From NCBI RefSeq assembly GCF_002087085.1, contig NZ_MWQY01000007.1, forward strand, positions 62,001 to 126,000: a stretch of 64,000 nt of DNA, given 5' to 3'. This document shows, in pieces, positions 1 through 9,201 of this stretch; the stretch's first letter is position 1; each line of letters opens with the position of its first letter. Both the position numbers and the translations under genes were made by a program. Below the pieces are notes generated by a model. That model worked only from the letters and a program-made list of their open reading frames with translations, was not told the origin of the DNA and made no database searches.

Positions 1-570
1 GAGGAAGAGAGCGGAGACCTGAGCTGGGAGACCATCAGGGAGGGTGATGAGTACCCCTTCTACCTCCTCTACGCCGAACTGGACATCCTGCCGGAATGGA
101 AGACAAAATCCGGCAGCAGCTTTATTACCGGACTACTGAAGACCTTTGAATCCCACATGAACCGGGTTTTTCTTCCCCTGGGCGGCCAGCTCTGGATGAA
201 AAGCGACTACGGCGGGCTTTATCTCTTCCCCTACAGCGAGGGAAGCTCCGATATTATCCCGGCCTGCATGAGACTCATTCTGAACAGGGTACTCATCAGC
301 ATGGAGGTATTCTCCTACGGAACCCTGCTGCCCTACCACTTTTCCCTGGATACGGGGACTACGGTGTACAGAAAAAAGGGCAACACCGGAACGTTGATTT
401 CCGAAGCGGTAAATTTTATATTCCATCTGGGACAGCAGTATACTCAGCCGGGGCAATTTGTTATCAGCAGAAGGGCTGCGGAGCATATTCCCGCGGGGCT
501 TGCGGACTGTTTTGTTCCATGCGGGAACTATCATGACCAGGACATATTGCGCATGAAAGTGCCCAGGTAG
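1..570 (+). CDS. Partial (5'-truncated) protein with a degenerate class III nucleotide cyclase-like fold
   Basis: Frame 1 is open from base 1 to TAG at 568-570. Segments LYAELDI, GGQLWMKSDYG, FSLDTGTTVY, ISEAVNFIFHL and PGQFVIS line up in order with cyclase motifs (LFADI, GGxVxKxIGD, IGIHTGEV, GDAVNLAARL, PGQILIS). Confidence 0.6.
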   Translation, partial: EEESGDLSWETIREGDEYPFYLLYAELDILPEWKTKSGSSFITGLLKTFESHMNRVFLPLGGQLWMKSDYGGLYLFPYSEGSSDIIPACMRLILNRVLISMEVFSYGTLLPYHFSLDTGTTVYRKKGNTGTLISEAVNFIFHLGQQYTQPGQFVISRRAAEHIPAGLADCFVPCGNYHDQDILRMKVPR

Positions 571-599
571 TTGACATGAGAGGCAAGTATCGGTATCCT
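571..599 (+). promoter_or_regulatory. Sigma70 promoter for tRNA-Ala
   Basis: TTGACA (571-576), 17 nt spacer, TATCCT (594-599), 12 nt upstream of the tRNA. Confidence 0.75.
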
Positions 600-611
600 A
601 AGCACGTTTTC

Positions 612-685
612 GGGGGTGTAGCTCAGTTGGCTAGAGCGCGTGAATGGCATTCACGAGGTCATGGGTTCGATTCCCACCACCTCCA
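612..685 (+). tRNA. tRNA-Ala(GGC), CCA not encoded
   Basis: Acceptor stem GGGGGTG/CACCTCC with G3:U70. D arm TAGCTCAGTTGGCTAGAGC. Anticodon stem CGTGA/TCACG with loop ATGGCAT. T loop GGTTCGATTCC. Confidence 0.97.
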
Positions 686-697
686 TACTTTAACGCT

Positions 698-2344
698 ATG
701 AGCGACAACAACAGCACCAAAAGTGATCTTTTCTCCGGGGAACTTGACCCCGATATCGCCGAATTGATGGGCATCGATGACACGCCCTCCGCTCAGGTTC
801 CCGATTTTGAAGAACTTTTTGAAGACACCTCTTCCGGCACTCCCGCCGAGGCGCACGTAAGCGATATAAGCAAGGACCGTTTTCATCCCGTCAGCCGTCT
901 CGAACAGGACCCGGCTCCATATTTCCAGGACAAGGATTACTACAAGAAAGCCCTTGCCGGGGAAGGCGAGGTTTCCCAGAGGGTTCACAGTCTCCTTTCG
1001 AAATTTCTGAACACCCAGGACCCCAAGGAGCGATCCGTCTACAGGGGAAAACTCATATCCGCCTACTGGAACCTGGTGGAGAGCATCGGCAGGAAGGTCT
1101 GCTCCAGTCCGCCCCAGCCCAAGGTCCTGCTTCTCAGATACGGCGTCCTGCTGCCGACGCTGCTTTCCAAGGAGCAGCGCTCCATGATCTCCCGGATTGT
1201 GTACAGCAACACCACGGGAGAACCTGTCCACTACGTGGACGAGTGGCTTACCATGGTCGCCCGGGGGACCGTCGGAAACTCGGCCACGGATGAAACCAAG
1301 GCAGTGAGCCGCCGCAAGGAACATAAGGTCAATACCAAACTCGACCGGGTCAAGGGACAGCGGGATTTCCAGCTCAGCGTGCTGACCCGCAAGTTCGGCG
1401 AACAGGAGCGGATGGAAAACCAGCTCAAGGAACTCTCCAGGCTGGTGGCCGACCATGCCGCCCGTCAGGACCTGCCGGGGGTAAAAGAGGTCTATACCCC
1501 GGAGCAGCGGCAGTACCTGAGTACAATTGCCAACCTGGTAAAAGACCTGCAGCGCCTTGATACGGAGCTTGCGAATACCTTTGAGCATTTTCAGGAGAAT
1601 GAAGCTGAATTCCGCAAACTCTCGGAAAGCGCCGGGGGAGCGGAATCCTACCAGGTAAACAATGACGCCCTGCAGACGGAGCTCGCCACGGTACGCCAGA
1701 TGGCCAAGATGTGTGTGGGCAGGCAGGGAAACCACTTCCCCATTGCCATGAAGCAGTATTTCAGGGACAGTATCCGGGACATCTGCACCCGGGAAAACAT
1801 CATCATGCAGATGGCCGCCGTGGAAAGTCTGGATCCCGGATTGTTCCTGCGGACCTTCAAACAGCAGACCAACCGCATCGTGCCCCATGTCGTTATCATT
1901 CCCAGTTACGGCGAACGGGGAATCTGCTGGGAACCCTTCGAAAAATACAACCGTGCCACGAGCCGGGGCAGAATTGCCGTGCCCCTCTTTCCCAAGGACA
2001 ACAAGACCGCCATCATCGCCGCCCTGGGGGATCTCCGCTGGCAGGTCGCCAAGGAGAAGGCCCAGCATTACTGGATGGAAGAGGGTCTCACCGGCCGCTA
2101 CTACCAGTGGTTCAGCGACAGACGGCTGCGGGGAGACGTGCGGGAGTATTTTATCAATGACTATATCCTGTGGATAACCAAGGAGAGCGAAGGAACCCAG
2201 AAGCTGGACCGGGAGGTCCGGGGCATTCTGTGGCGCTACTGCCCCTTCCCCCAGGAATTGCGGGATTCCCTGAAAAACCGGGGCTATGTCTACAACGAGC
2301 TCTACAAGCGGGATATAAACCGTTCCATGTCAGACGGGTATTGA
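698..2344 (+). CDS. Conserved hypothetical protein with coiled coil; C-terminal domain resembles that of spirochaete/clostridial cNMP-binding-domain proteins
   Basis: Long ORF. The track start at 644 lies inside the tRNA, so ATG 698 (MSDNN) is used. C-terminal motifs PHVVIIPSYGERGICW and REYFINDYILWITKESEG. Family assignment is from memory. Confidence 0.75.
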   Translation: MSDNNSTKSDLFSGELDPDIAELMGIDDTPSAQVPDFEELFEDTSSGTPAEAHVSDISKDRFHPVSRLEQDPAPYFQDKDYYKKALAGEGEVSQRVHSLLSKFLNTQDPKERSVYRGKLISAYWNLVESIGRKVCSSPPQPKVLLLRYGVLLPTLLSKEQRSMISRIVYSNTTGEPVHYVDEWLTMVARGTVGNSATDETKAVSRRKEHKVNTKLDRVKGQRDFQLSVLTRKFGEQERMENQLKELSRLVADHAARQDLPGVKEVYTPEQRQYLSTIANLVKDLQRLDTELANTFEHFQENEAEFRKLSESAGGAESYQVNNDALQTELATVRQMAKMCVGRQGNHFPIAMKQYFRDSIRDICTRENIIMQMAAVESLDPGLFLRTFKQQTNRIVPHVVIIPSYGERGICWEPFEKYNRATSRGRIAVPLFPKDNKTAIIAALGDLRWQVAKEKAQHYWMEEGLTGRYYQWFSDRRLRGDVREYFINDYILWITKESEGTQKLDREVRGILWRYCPFPQELRDSLKNRGYVYNELYKRDINRSMSDGY

Positions 2345-2362
2345 ACGGTCCTGATACCCGGA

Positions 2363-2641
2363 CTAGCCTCTCTTCTTTTTCGGGAAAATCGGCTCGAAAT
2401 ACTTGTCCAGATCGATCTTCGAGGCCAGCAGCTTCATGATCCGGTGATACACAAGAAAGGAACCGATCACCGCCAGAATAAAGATCAGAATGAAGGCCCC
2501 CTGGGCCAGTCCGGGATGAACGTCCCGGGGCAATACCAGGGAAAGCATGACAATCCCCGCAACAAGAAAGAAAAACATAAGTATGATATTTACCACCGTG
2601 GCTGCGGCGACAAAAAGCAGAGTGTTGGTTTTCTTATTCAC
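2363..2641 (-). CDS. Small two-TM membrane protein downstream of lspA
   Basis: 92 aa with two hydrophobic helices; overlaps the lspA stop by 8 nt. Confidence 0.8.
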   Translation of the reverse strand: MNKKTNTLLFVAAATVVNIILMFFFLVAGIVMLSLVLPRDVHPGLAQGAFILIFILAVIGSFLVYHRIMKLLASKIDLDKYFEPIFPKKKRG

Positions 2642-3215
2642 GATTTTCCACCTCGTTCTTCATCCGTTCCTCTTTCCCGGTTTTCTCCCGTCCCTGCAGC
2701 AGGAATGAGAAGGCCAGCAGGATACCCCCGACGACTATGGAGGCGTCCGCCACATTGAAAGCCGGCCAGCGTTCAAGTCCCATGATACCGTAGAATTTGA
2801 CGGAGACAAAATCCACCACCCCCTGGGGCCGGAAAATCCTGTCGATCTGGTTTCCGAGACCGCCGCCGATAATAACCGCGATGCACCAGCGCTGCAATAC
2901 CGACAGTTCACTGGTTCTGAAATAGTAAACCAGGACCCCCGCAAGCACAGCCAGGGGCAACAGTACAAAAACAATCCCCCGTACGGCAGCAGGGAGGCCA
3001 TACCCGATACTGAAGGCCACTCCCAGGTTCCTGGTGTGGAGAATCCAGAGGAAGTCCCCTCCCCAGGCAAAACCCACCGTATGATAGGGGATGTTGGCAA
3101 CAATCAAAAGCTTGGTCAGCTGGTCCGCAAGGATAATTACAGCGGTCAGGACAAGGGGCAGGTACAGATTCAGGTTTTTCGTTTTTTCCGGTCTGTCGGC
3201 TGCAGTTGTATTCAT
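2634..3215 (-). CDS. lspA: Signal peptidase II (lipoprotein signal peptidase)
   Basis: Motifs DQLTK, NLGVAFS, GGGLGNQIDR, VVDF, AFNVAD. Confidence 0.96.
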   Translation of the reverse strand: MNTTAADRPEKTKNLNLYLPLVLTAVIILADQLTKLLIVANIPYHTVGFAWGGDFLWILHTRNLGVAFSIGYGLPAAVRGIVFVLLPLAVLAGVLVYYFRTSELSVLQRWCIAVIIGGGLGNQIDRIFRPQGVVDFVSVKFYGIMGLERWPAFNVADASIVVGGILLAFSFLLQGREKTGKEERMKNEVENRE

Positions 3216-3227
3216 ACCAGTGCGTCC

Positions 3228-3989
3228 TTATAGGCCCGTGGGAATATCGATAAAATGGGTCTCGAGACCGGTATCCCTTGCGACGCGTTCGGCCATGGCG
3301 GAAACCCCCCAGGTTTCCGACGCATAATGTCCGACGGCCAGCATGTTTATCCGGTTTTCCTGGGCTTCGTGATAGATTGTGTGATCCCCTTCACCGGAGA
3401 TAAAGAGGTCCAGGTCTTCCTCGATGGCCTGCCGGATATCCCGGCTGCTCCCTCCTGAGATTATGCCCACGGTGCGGATCTCCGGTCGGCCAAAGGGGAG
3501 AACCGCGTTGCAGTCAGCCATCTCGATATCCAGCCGCCGAAGCACCTCCTCCAGTTCAAGGGGTTCGGGAAGAACCCCCTTGAAGCCTATGCTGCGGCCC
3601 TTGTACCAGCCGAAAGGCTCGGCAGCGGAAAGCCCCAGAGCGGCGGCCATACAGCCGTTGTTACCCAGTTCAGGATGAGCATCAAGGGGAAGGTGAGCGG
3701 CGTAAAGGGCGATGTCATGCTCCATCAGAAAGCGGACACGCCGGTAGTGGGCCCCGGTGAGGACCGACTCCCTCCCCCAGAAGATGCCGTGATGCACAAA
3801 AACCAGATCCGCCCCCAGCTCCGCAGCCTGCCTGAAGGTCTGCAGCGAGGCGTCTACAGCAAATACCAGCTTTTTCAGTTCCGGTTCCCGCCGTTCAACC
3901 TGTATGCCGTTTCTGGAGGGATCGATGGCGGCAAAATCATCCATGCAGAGCAGATCCCGGCAATAGTGGTGGAATTCGTCCAATCGCAT
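3228..3989 (-). CDS. Nif3-like dinuclear metal center hexameric protein (YbgI family)
   Basis: Motifs NGIQVE, VHHGIFW, HLPLDAHPELGNN, GHYASE. Confidence 0.93.
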   Translation of the reverse strand: MRLDEFHHYCRDLLCMDDFAAIDPSRNGIQVERREPELKKLVFAVDASLQTFRQAAELGADLVFVHHGIFWGRESVLTGAHYRRVRFLMEHDIALYAAHLPLDAHPELGNNGCMAAALGLSAAEPFGWYKGRSIGFKGVLPEPLELEEVLRRLDIEMADCNAVLPFGRPEIRTVGIISGGSSRDIRQAIEEDLDLFISGEGDHTIYHEAQENRINMLAVGHYASETWGVSAMAERVARDTGLETHFIDIPTGL

Positions 3990-4072
3990 GCCCCGTATTA
4001 TAGGGACTCGATGAGATTTGGAAAAGGGCGCTGTGCTTGACAGTGGGCGGAAGAGCCTCGCATTATAGACTG

Positions 4073-6463
4073 ATGAATGATGCTTACCGTCTGGGACCCC
4101 ACGAGGTCGCCTTTGCCATTGACCCGGAACAACTGAAGGCCATTCCTTTCCCTGAGGATGATGAGCAGATAATCGGCCAGCCCAGGGCCGTTAAGGCCCT
4201 CCAGATGGGCACGTTTATCCGCGCCAAGGGATTCAACCTGGTCGTTTCCGGGATTCCCGGAACCGGACGGCATACGGCGATCCGGCGTATCCTGGAGGAG
4301 CTTCCCCCCACGAAAGGTCCGGACCGGGATATCGCTTTCGTCTACAACTTCCTGCGCCCAGAAGTTCCCATGGTGCTCTACTTTCCCCCGGGGACTGCCC
4401 GGCGCTTTAAACAGCTCATCCACGATCTCGTGGAGAAGCTTAAGGTCCTTATCAAGGCGCGGCTCTCCAGCGAGGTCTACAAGAACCGCCGGGACAGGCT
4501 CGTTTCGGGAATCGAAAAGGAAGAAAACCACCGCCTGGCAGAATTCGAAGCCCAGCTGGCAGCCCAGGGTTTTGCGGCGGTCCGGGTGGAGGATGAAGGC
4601 GTCCTGTCCACGGATATTGTTCCCCTCATCGACGGCGAAGCAGCCGATTTCGACCAGCTCCAGAGCATGGTGGCCTCGGGTGCCCTGGCGGAGGAGGAGT
4701 GGGAACGCCGCAGAGAGATCTACTACCGTCTGATGGACGAGATGCGTTCCATCTTCAGCGATCTGCAGCTTTCCAGGGCAGCCATGGAAGAGGAGCTCGC
4801 CCGTCTGCAGGCCGATACCGTTCGTCCTCCCCTGCATACCGAAATGGGAGAACTCTACCGGGCCTTTCCCCAGAAACAGATCCGTTCCTACCTCGAGGCC
4901 CTGGAACAGGACATCATCGACCGTCTGTTTGTTTTCACCGGAGAAGAACCCGCGGAAGACGCAGCGGGGAACAGAATCTTCCTGCGTTACGGGGTCAATA
5001 TTCTTATGGAAGCCGGGGAAGGAGAGACTCCCCCGGTAATCTACGAGAACAATCCGACAGTCCAGAACCTTCTGGGAACCATCGAGTTCTCCATGGACAT
5101 GAACGGACGGGGAGTAATGAGCTTCATGTCCATCAGGGCAGGCTCCCTGATCCGCTCATCCGGAGGATACCTGGTCATCCGTCTTGACGATCTGCTCCAG
5201 GAGGACGGCGCATGGCTTCAGCTCAAGCGGGTACTGCAGACCGAAATGGTGGAGATTCAGCCCCCCCAGGGAATGCTGGGACTTCCGGCGCCGCAGATCA
5301 AACCCGAGGCGGTCTCCGTTGACCTGAAGATTATCCTCGTGGCAGACGAAGGAGCCTACGATATTCTCTACAATGCAGACTCGGATTTTGCAAAATTCTT
5401 CAAGATCTGCGCCGAATTCGACAGCAGCATGGACCTCAATCCCGACGGCATTGCCCGCTACATGAGTTTCATGCGCCGATCCCTGAAGAATTCCGGGGGC
5501 CCGGAAATCTCCTGGGACGGTATGGCCGAGATAATCGCCTACGGAGCCTATCTTGCGGACCAGAGGGATAAACTCTCCACCCAGTTTTCCCTTATCTCGG
5601 ATCTGCTTGCGGAGGCCTCCTACTGGGCAGGGAAAAGCGGCAAGCGGGAGATAGACGGAGAAACCGTTCAGCTCGCATTGCGGGAGCGGAACTACCTCTT
5701 CAACCTTCCCGAAGAAAAGCTCGAAGAACTGATCCTCCAGGGGGATATTCTCATCAGCATCGAAGGAGAAGAGATCGGCAAGGTCAATGGCCTGGCCATA
5801 CATGACCGGGGATACTACGCCTTCGGCATGCCCACCCTCATCACCGCCAGGGTCGCTCCCGGAGAAGAGGGTCTGGTTAATATTGAGCGGGAGGTGGGCC
5901 TCTCCGGGGAAATTCACGACAAAGGGATACTGATCCTTGACGGCTACCTTCGGGCACGCTACGCCGTGGATTTTCCCCTGGCCATGTATGCCACAATCTG
6001 TTTCGAACAGTCCTACAGCGAAATAGACGGTGACTCCGCCTCTTCCACCGAGATGTACGCCCTGCTCTCCGCCGCCGGCAGGCTCCCCCTGCGGCAGGAT
6101 ATAGCCGTAACCGGCAGCATGAACCAGATGGGACAGATACAGCCGGTGGGAGGTATCAGCGAAAAAATCTCCGGCTTTTTCAACATCTGTAAAAAGAGAG
6201 GCTTAAGCGGCCGGCAGGGAGTAATTATTCCCGATCAGAACAGGAAGAACCTTTTTCTCCCCCCGGAAATCCGGGATGCCGTGAAGGACGGGCGGTTTCA
6301 TATCTACCCCGTAAGCACCATCGATCAGGGGATGGAAATCCTCACCGGCATACCGGCGGGAGAACCGGGACGGGACGGACGGTTCCCGCCCAAGTCGTTA
6401 AACGGCCGGGTCGAACGGGAACTGAGGGCCATGGCCCTCCTGGTCAAGCAATTTAATAATTGA
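4073..6463 (+). CDS. Lon-like protease, LonC type (AAA-like domain plus S16 protease domain)
   Basis: IIGQPRA; altered Walker A GIPGTGRHT; catalytic Ser in DGDSASS and Lys in VGGISEK. ATG 4073 is preferred because TTG 4037 coincides with a -35 box. Confidence 0.88.
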   Translation: MNDAYRLGPHEVAFAIDPEQLKAIPFPEDDEQIIGQPRAVKALQMGTFIRAKGFNLVVSGIPGTGRHTAIRRILEELPPTKGPDRDIAFVYNFLRPEVPMVLYFPPGTARRFKQLIHDLVEKLKVLIKARLSSEVYKNRRDRLVSGIEKEENHRLAEFEAQLAAQGFAAVRVEDEGVLSTDIVPLIDGEAADFDQLQSMVASGALAEEEWERRREIYYRLMDEMRSIFSDLQLSRAAMEEELARLQADTVRPPLHTEMGELYRAFPQKQIRSYLEALEQDIIDRLFVFTGEEPAEDAAGNRIFLRYGVNILMEAGEGETPPVIYENNPTVQNLLGTIEFSMDMNGRGVMSFMSIRAGSLIRSSGGYLVIRLDDLLQEDGAWLQLKRVLQTEMVEIQPPQGMLGLPAPQIKPEAVSVDLKIILVADEGAYDILYNADSDFAKFFKICAEFDSSMDLNPDGIARYMSFMRRSLKNSGGPEISWDGMAEIIAYGAYLADQRDKLSTQFSLISDLLAEASYWAGKSGKREIDGETVQLALRERNYLFNLPEEKLEELILQGDILISIEGEEIGKVNGLAIHDRGYYAFGMPTLITARVAPGEEGLVNIEREVGLSGEIHDKGILILDGYLRARYAVDFPLAMYATICFEQSYSEIDGDSASSTEMYALLSAAGRLPLRQDIAVTGSMNQMGQIQPVGGISEKISGFFNICKKRGLSGRQGVIIPDQNRKNLFLPPEIRDAVKDGRFHIYPVSTIDQGMEILTGIPAGEPGRDGRFPPKSLNGRVERELRAMALLVKQFNN

Positions 6464-6545
6464 TAACCGTTTACGATTGCTTGACCTCTAATTTTACAGA
6501 GACTATACTGAATACACCAGAGGTCATACCTACCAGGTGGTGTAC

Positions 6546-8027
6546 ATGTCAAAAGCAGTTGATGTCGAAAAAATAAAACGGGCAGCAAGGAATTCCATTC
6601 CAATTTCGATAAAAACCTTTACCCTTCCCCATGAAACTGAAGAGTACATGGAAAGAATTCTCGAGATTTTTCTCTCGGAATTCGGTCAGGATCAGCTCTC
6701 CAGCCGCATCGGTTACTGCATGCGGGAGCTTGCGGTCAATGCAAAAAAAGCGAACACAAAACGGATCTATTTCAAGGAAAAGAGCCTCGATATCAACGAT
6801 CCCCGGCAGTACGAAGAAGGAATGGAACGCTTCAAGCAGGAAACCCTGGACAACATCGACTATTACCTGAACAAGCAGAAAGACGCCGGTCTCTACGTAA
6901 AGGTCGTCTACCATGCCAAGGGCAATGCCTTTACCATGAGCATCCATAACAATTCCCGCATCTCCCGCAAGGAACAGATCAGGGTCTACGACCGCATCGC
7001 CCGTTCCCGGGCCTTCGATTCCATGGAAGAGGCCCTCTCCTCGGTGATGGATGATTCCGAGGGAGCCGGGCTGGGAATCGTGATTCTGGTACTGATGCTG
7101 AAAAAGATGGGCCTGGACGAGGACGCCTTTGATATCGATGTGGACGGAGACGAAACCATTGCCCGGATTACCGTACCTTTCTCTGCGGTACACCTGGAGA
7201 ATATCAACGAACTATCCAGGGAGATCGTCAACGAGATCAACGAGCTGCCCCAGTTTCCCGACAATATCGTCTACCTTCAGAAACTGATCAGTGATCCCGA
7301 TTCGGAGATCTCCGATATCGCCAGGCAGATCAGCACCGACCCCTCCCTGACGGCGGACCTTCTCAAGCACGTAAACTCGGCCCAGTTCATGCTGCCCAAG
7401 AGGGTCGACAACATTGTGGAGGCCGTCAAACTGGTGGGCTTCCGGGGTATCAAGAATCTGCTCTACTCCTTCGGAACCCTTAAAATCCTCGATTCAAACC
7501 AGCGCTGGCTCTGGGACCACAGTTACCGGACCGCTTTTTACGCCTATAACCTGGCAAAGAACTTTAAACGCAGGAAGGAGCTGCTGGATGACGCCTATGT
7601 GGGGGGCATTCTGCACGATATGGGAAAAATCATCTTCTCCAATGTACATCCCAACCTTCTGGAGAAGATCCAGGGCTTCTGCACGGACCGTAATATTCAC
7701 CGCGACTTCATCGAAGACCTGAGCGCCGGACTGAATCACGCCGAAATCGGGGCACTGATCGCAGAAAAGTGGAACTTCCCCGTATCCCTTATCGAAGCCA
7801 TCCGTTACCACCATGATCCCCTGGCCGCTCACAACGAGTTCCGGGACGTTGTTTACACCGTCTATCTGGCCAACGCCCTCTGCGGGTATGAGCGGGGTGA
7901 TATAGAATATGATCAGCTGGAAACCGAAGTTATCCGGGATTTCGGAATCACCTCCCAGGATAAGCTGGATATGGTGCAGCAGCGCCTGTCCCTAGCCTTT
8001 GACGACGAACGAAACAAGAAATTGTAA
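6546..8027 (+). CDS. HATPase-like (anti-sigma type) domain fused to an HDOD domain
   Basis: N-box ELAVNAKKAN, G-box EGAGLGIV; HDOD motifs LPQFP, DPSLTADLLKHVNSA, LWDHS, LHDMGK, HAEIGALIAEKWNFP, IRYHH. Confidence 0.88.
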   Translation: MSKAVDVEKIKRAARNSIPISIKTFTLPHETEEYMERILEIFLSEFGQDQLSSRIGYCMRELAVNAKKANTKRIYFKEKSLDINDPRQYEEGMERFKQETLDNIDYYLNKQKDAGLYVKVVYHAKGNAFTMSIHNNSRISRKEQIRVYDRIARSRAFDSMEEALSSVMDDSEGAGLGIVILVLMLKKMGLDEDAFDIDVDGDETIARITVPFSAVHLENINELSREIVNEINELPQFPDNIVYLQKLISDPDSEISDIARQISTDPSLTADLLKHVNSAQFMLPKRVDNIVEAVKLVGFRGIKNLLYSFGTLKILDSNQRWLWDHSYRTAFYAYNLAKNFKRRKELLDDAYVGGILHDMGKIIFSNVHPNLLEKIQGFCTDRNIHRDFIEDLSAGLNHAEIGALIAEKWNFPVSLIEAIRYHHDPLAAHNEFRDVVYTVYLANALCGYERGDIEYDQLETEVIRDFGITSQDKLDMVQQRLSLAFDDERNKKL

Positions 8028-8044
8028 TTCCACACAAAAGCCTC

Positions 8045-8075
8045 TTGACTTTTATATATATAGTATTTAATATAT
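8045..8075 (+). promoter_or_regulatory. Sigma70 promoter with overlapping AT-rich palindromic operator (glutaredoxin gene)
   Basis: TTGACT-17-TAATAT; imperfect palindrome ATATAGTATTTAATATAT shared with the trxA promoter. Confidence 0.65.
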
Positions 8076-8104
8076 ATGCATACGATTAAGAGAGGGAGGC
8101 TACA

Positions 8105-8335
8105 ATGGCAGTAAGAATCTACACCACTCCAAGCTGTGTATACTGCAATAAGGCGAAACAGTATTTCAGAGAAAATCACATCTCCTTTACGGAGTATAAT
8201 GTGGCCAATGATATGCGCCGGGCGGAAGAAATGGTAAAGAAGTCGGGCCAGATGGGTGTTCCGGTGGTGGATGTAAACGGCAAGATCATCGTGGGGTTCA
8301 ACCAGCCGGAGATTGAACGCGCCCTGCATCGCTAG
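8105..8335 (+). CDS. Glutaredoxin-like protein (NrdH/YruB type)
   Basis: YTTPSCVYC, GQMGVPV, IVGF; SD GGGAGG upstream. Confidence 0.93.
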   Translation: MAVRIYTTPSCVYCNKAKQYFRENHISFTEYNVANDMRRAEEMVKKSGQMGVPVVDVNGKIIVGFNQPEIERALHR

Positions 8336-8354
8336 GAACTCAACAGATCATGTT

Positions 8355-8384
8355 AAAACCGGCGGTTCATTCCGCCGGTTTTTT
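8355..8384. terminator. Bidirectional intrinsic terminator
   Basis: AAAACCGGCGG-TTCATT-CCGCCGGTTTTTT between convergent genes. Confidence 0.85.
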
Positions 8385-9201
8385 ATTGCCTGGACTCGAA
8401 CCAGCGCTGAAGAGTAATGGCGGCGGCCACTGAAACATTCAGGGAGGCCTTGGCCCCGCCCATGGGGATGGAGAGCCTGACATCGGCCCGTAACAGGGCC
8501 TCCTCACTCAGGCCCCACTCCTCGTTCCCCAGCAAAAGCAGCCCCCCGGAAGGAAATGAGTACGACCCGATACCGGTGCCTCCGGTTTCCAGGGCAATGA
8601 CCTGCGTGCCGTTCCCACTGTCGCCGGAGGCAAGACAGGCCTCCTGAAGGCTACACACCGACCACGGGACCGCCAGAGACGCACCCATGGAACTACGGCT
8701 TGCCCTGGGCTGTTCGGGGCTCGGTGTGGCTGGACTCAGGTATATATGCCGCACCCCGAAGGCTTCGGCGGAGCGAAAAATATTCCCTACATTGAAGGGA
8801 GAACGCAGGTCTTCCAGAAAAAGATCGACGGGCAGCACACGTCGCGCTCCGGAATCGAGAAGCTCTGTTCCGGGGATCCGCAGATCCCAGTCCGCCAGGG
8901 CTGTTCCAAGTTCTGTCAGAATAATAGTGCAGATTACCCCGCATTCTCTGCCAAAGTCAGGCGACAGGGGGCCAGACAGGCTAAGACCGGCTTTTCGCAG
9001 CCGCTCTTCCAGCTTTACCGCCCGTTCCCGTACGGCGTCCGCCGTATCGGAACGTACCAGGGTTTCGCACAGTCCCGCCAGATAATAGCTGTCCACCGGT
9101 CTGGACGCCCGTATCTCGGCCTCAAAGCCGCGAAGAAGCTCAGCAGCCTTACGCAGACGGTTTTTCGTCGACAGTCCCGCCAGCTTTCGCAGGGCGATCA
9201 T
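8383..9201 (-). CDS. TrmH/SpoU family RNA methyltransferase
   Basis: LRSPFNVGNIFRSAEAFG, LLLGNEEWGLS, IPMGGAKASLNVSVA. Confidence 0.92.
   Translation of the reverse strand: MIALRKLAGLSTKNRLRKAAELLRGFEAEIRASRPVDSYYLAGLCETLVRSDTADAVRERAVKLEERLRKAGLSLSGPLSPDFGRECGVICTIILTELGTALADWDLRIPGTELLDSGARRVLPVDLFLEDLRSPFNVGNIFRSAEAFGVRHIYLSPATPSPEQPRASRSSMGASLAVPWSVCSLQEACLASGDSGNGTQVIALETGGTGIGSYSFPSGGLLLLGNEEWGLSEEALLRADVRLSIPMGGAKASLNVSVAAAITLQRWFESRQ

Noticed and set aside
644..697. N-terminal extension MAFTRSWVRF of the 566-aa ORF
   Set aside because: It lies inside tRNA-Ala.
612..700. tRNA-anchored genomic island or prophage
   Set aside because: No integrase, no duplicated tRNA 3' end seen, and the flanking genes look like core genes.
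659..2068. 469-aa minus-strand ORF and similar long antisense ORFs (14457, 23614, 41270, 42995, 59992)
   Set aside because: They overlap well-supported genes on the other strand, have no motifs, and are typical of GC-rich DNA.
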